From the NCBI RefSeq assembly GCF_963921235.1, contig NC_086097.1, forward strand, positions 13,330,001 to 13,394,000: a DNA stretch of 64,000 nucleotides, in the 5' to 3' direction. The notes under the pieces are model-generated. The model saw nothing but the letters and a program-made list of their open reading frames with translations. It was not told where the DNA came from and did not search any database. The stretch comes from Mobula hypostoma (taxonomy: Eukaryota). A program made the translations under genes and the position numbers. This document shows, in pieces, positions 63,665 through 64,000 of this stretch. Within the stretch, counting starts at the first letter, position 1. Each line of letters opens with the position of its first letter.

Positions 63665-63890
63665 CAAAACGAGGAAAGTTGGGCATGAGGCTAGCAACCC
63701 CACCCCAAAAAAATCCAGAGCTGCAGAAACACCAACCGAAGCCCTAAAGACCTCATCCCTTGGAGAAGAAAAGTCTTCAAAGATGGGTTACACTTAGGGA
63801 TAACTTGAAAGACTGGCCCAGGGTAGGAGTCTCTGGTGAGCTGCTGTTGGCAGCCTATGCCCCCGTAGGGGGGATGGGCTTAAGAAGAAG
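63665..63890 (+). mobile_element. RTE-derived bipartite short retroposon
   Basis: gttgggcatgaggctagcaacccc (5' UTR-like) joined to ctggtgagctgctgttggcagcctatgcccc (RTE 3' end-like); (AAG)n tail. Confidence 0.55.
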
Positions 63891-64000
63891 ATGACTTTAA
63901 GACTGGCACAGTCACATTGGGGTTAGTGTAACGTTATTATAACCCTAATAAATCAGGTTCATTTCTGCTGTTATCTGTATGGAGTTTGTACATCCTTCCC

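Noticed and set aside
1..64000. CRISPR arrays, operons or other prokaryotic systems
   Set aside because: No regularly spaced repeats or dense gene organisation; the content is vertebrate repeat-rich DNA.

Overview
Repeat-dense vertebrate genomic DNA, most likely from a cartilaginous fish (ray or shark, inferred from the repeat families). I found no host protein-coding exon; every recognisable ORF belongs to a transposable element. The window contains CR1 LINEs (one with an ORF1 zinc finger and SGNH esterase), many Rex1/Babar-like 3' fragments, two Penelope-like (GIY-YIG) families whose 3' ends carry minimal hammerhead-ribozyme motifs, and a full-length decayed IR/DR Tc1 transposon. It also holds Tc1 and hAT MITEs, solo LTRs, an LTR with a tRNA-Pro primer-binding site, V-SINEs, CORE-like SINEs and RTE-type non-autonomous retroposons. 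Between the repeats lie repeat-free, homeobox-motif-rich blocks that look like conserved non-coding elements, and the first ~1 kb is CpG-rich, which suggests a gene desert or large intron near a developmental gene. The most notable observations are: the hammerhead-bearing Penelope-like ends (one with a complete core), a candidate HDV-like ribozyme at the 5' end of an RTE-type family, a CR1 insertion whose 5' end carries a copy of nearby genomic DNA, and a composite MITE built from two inverted mini-MITEs. Family names come from recalled motifs, not from database searches.
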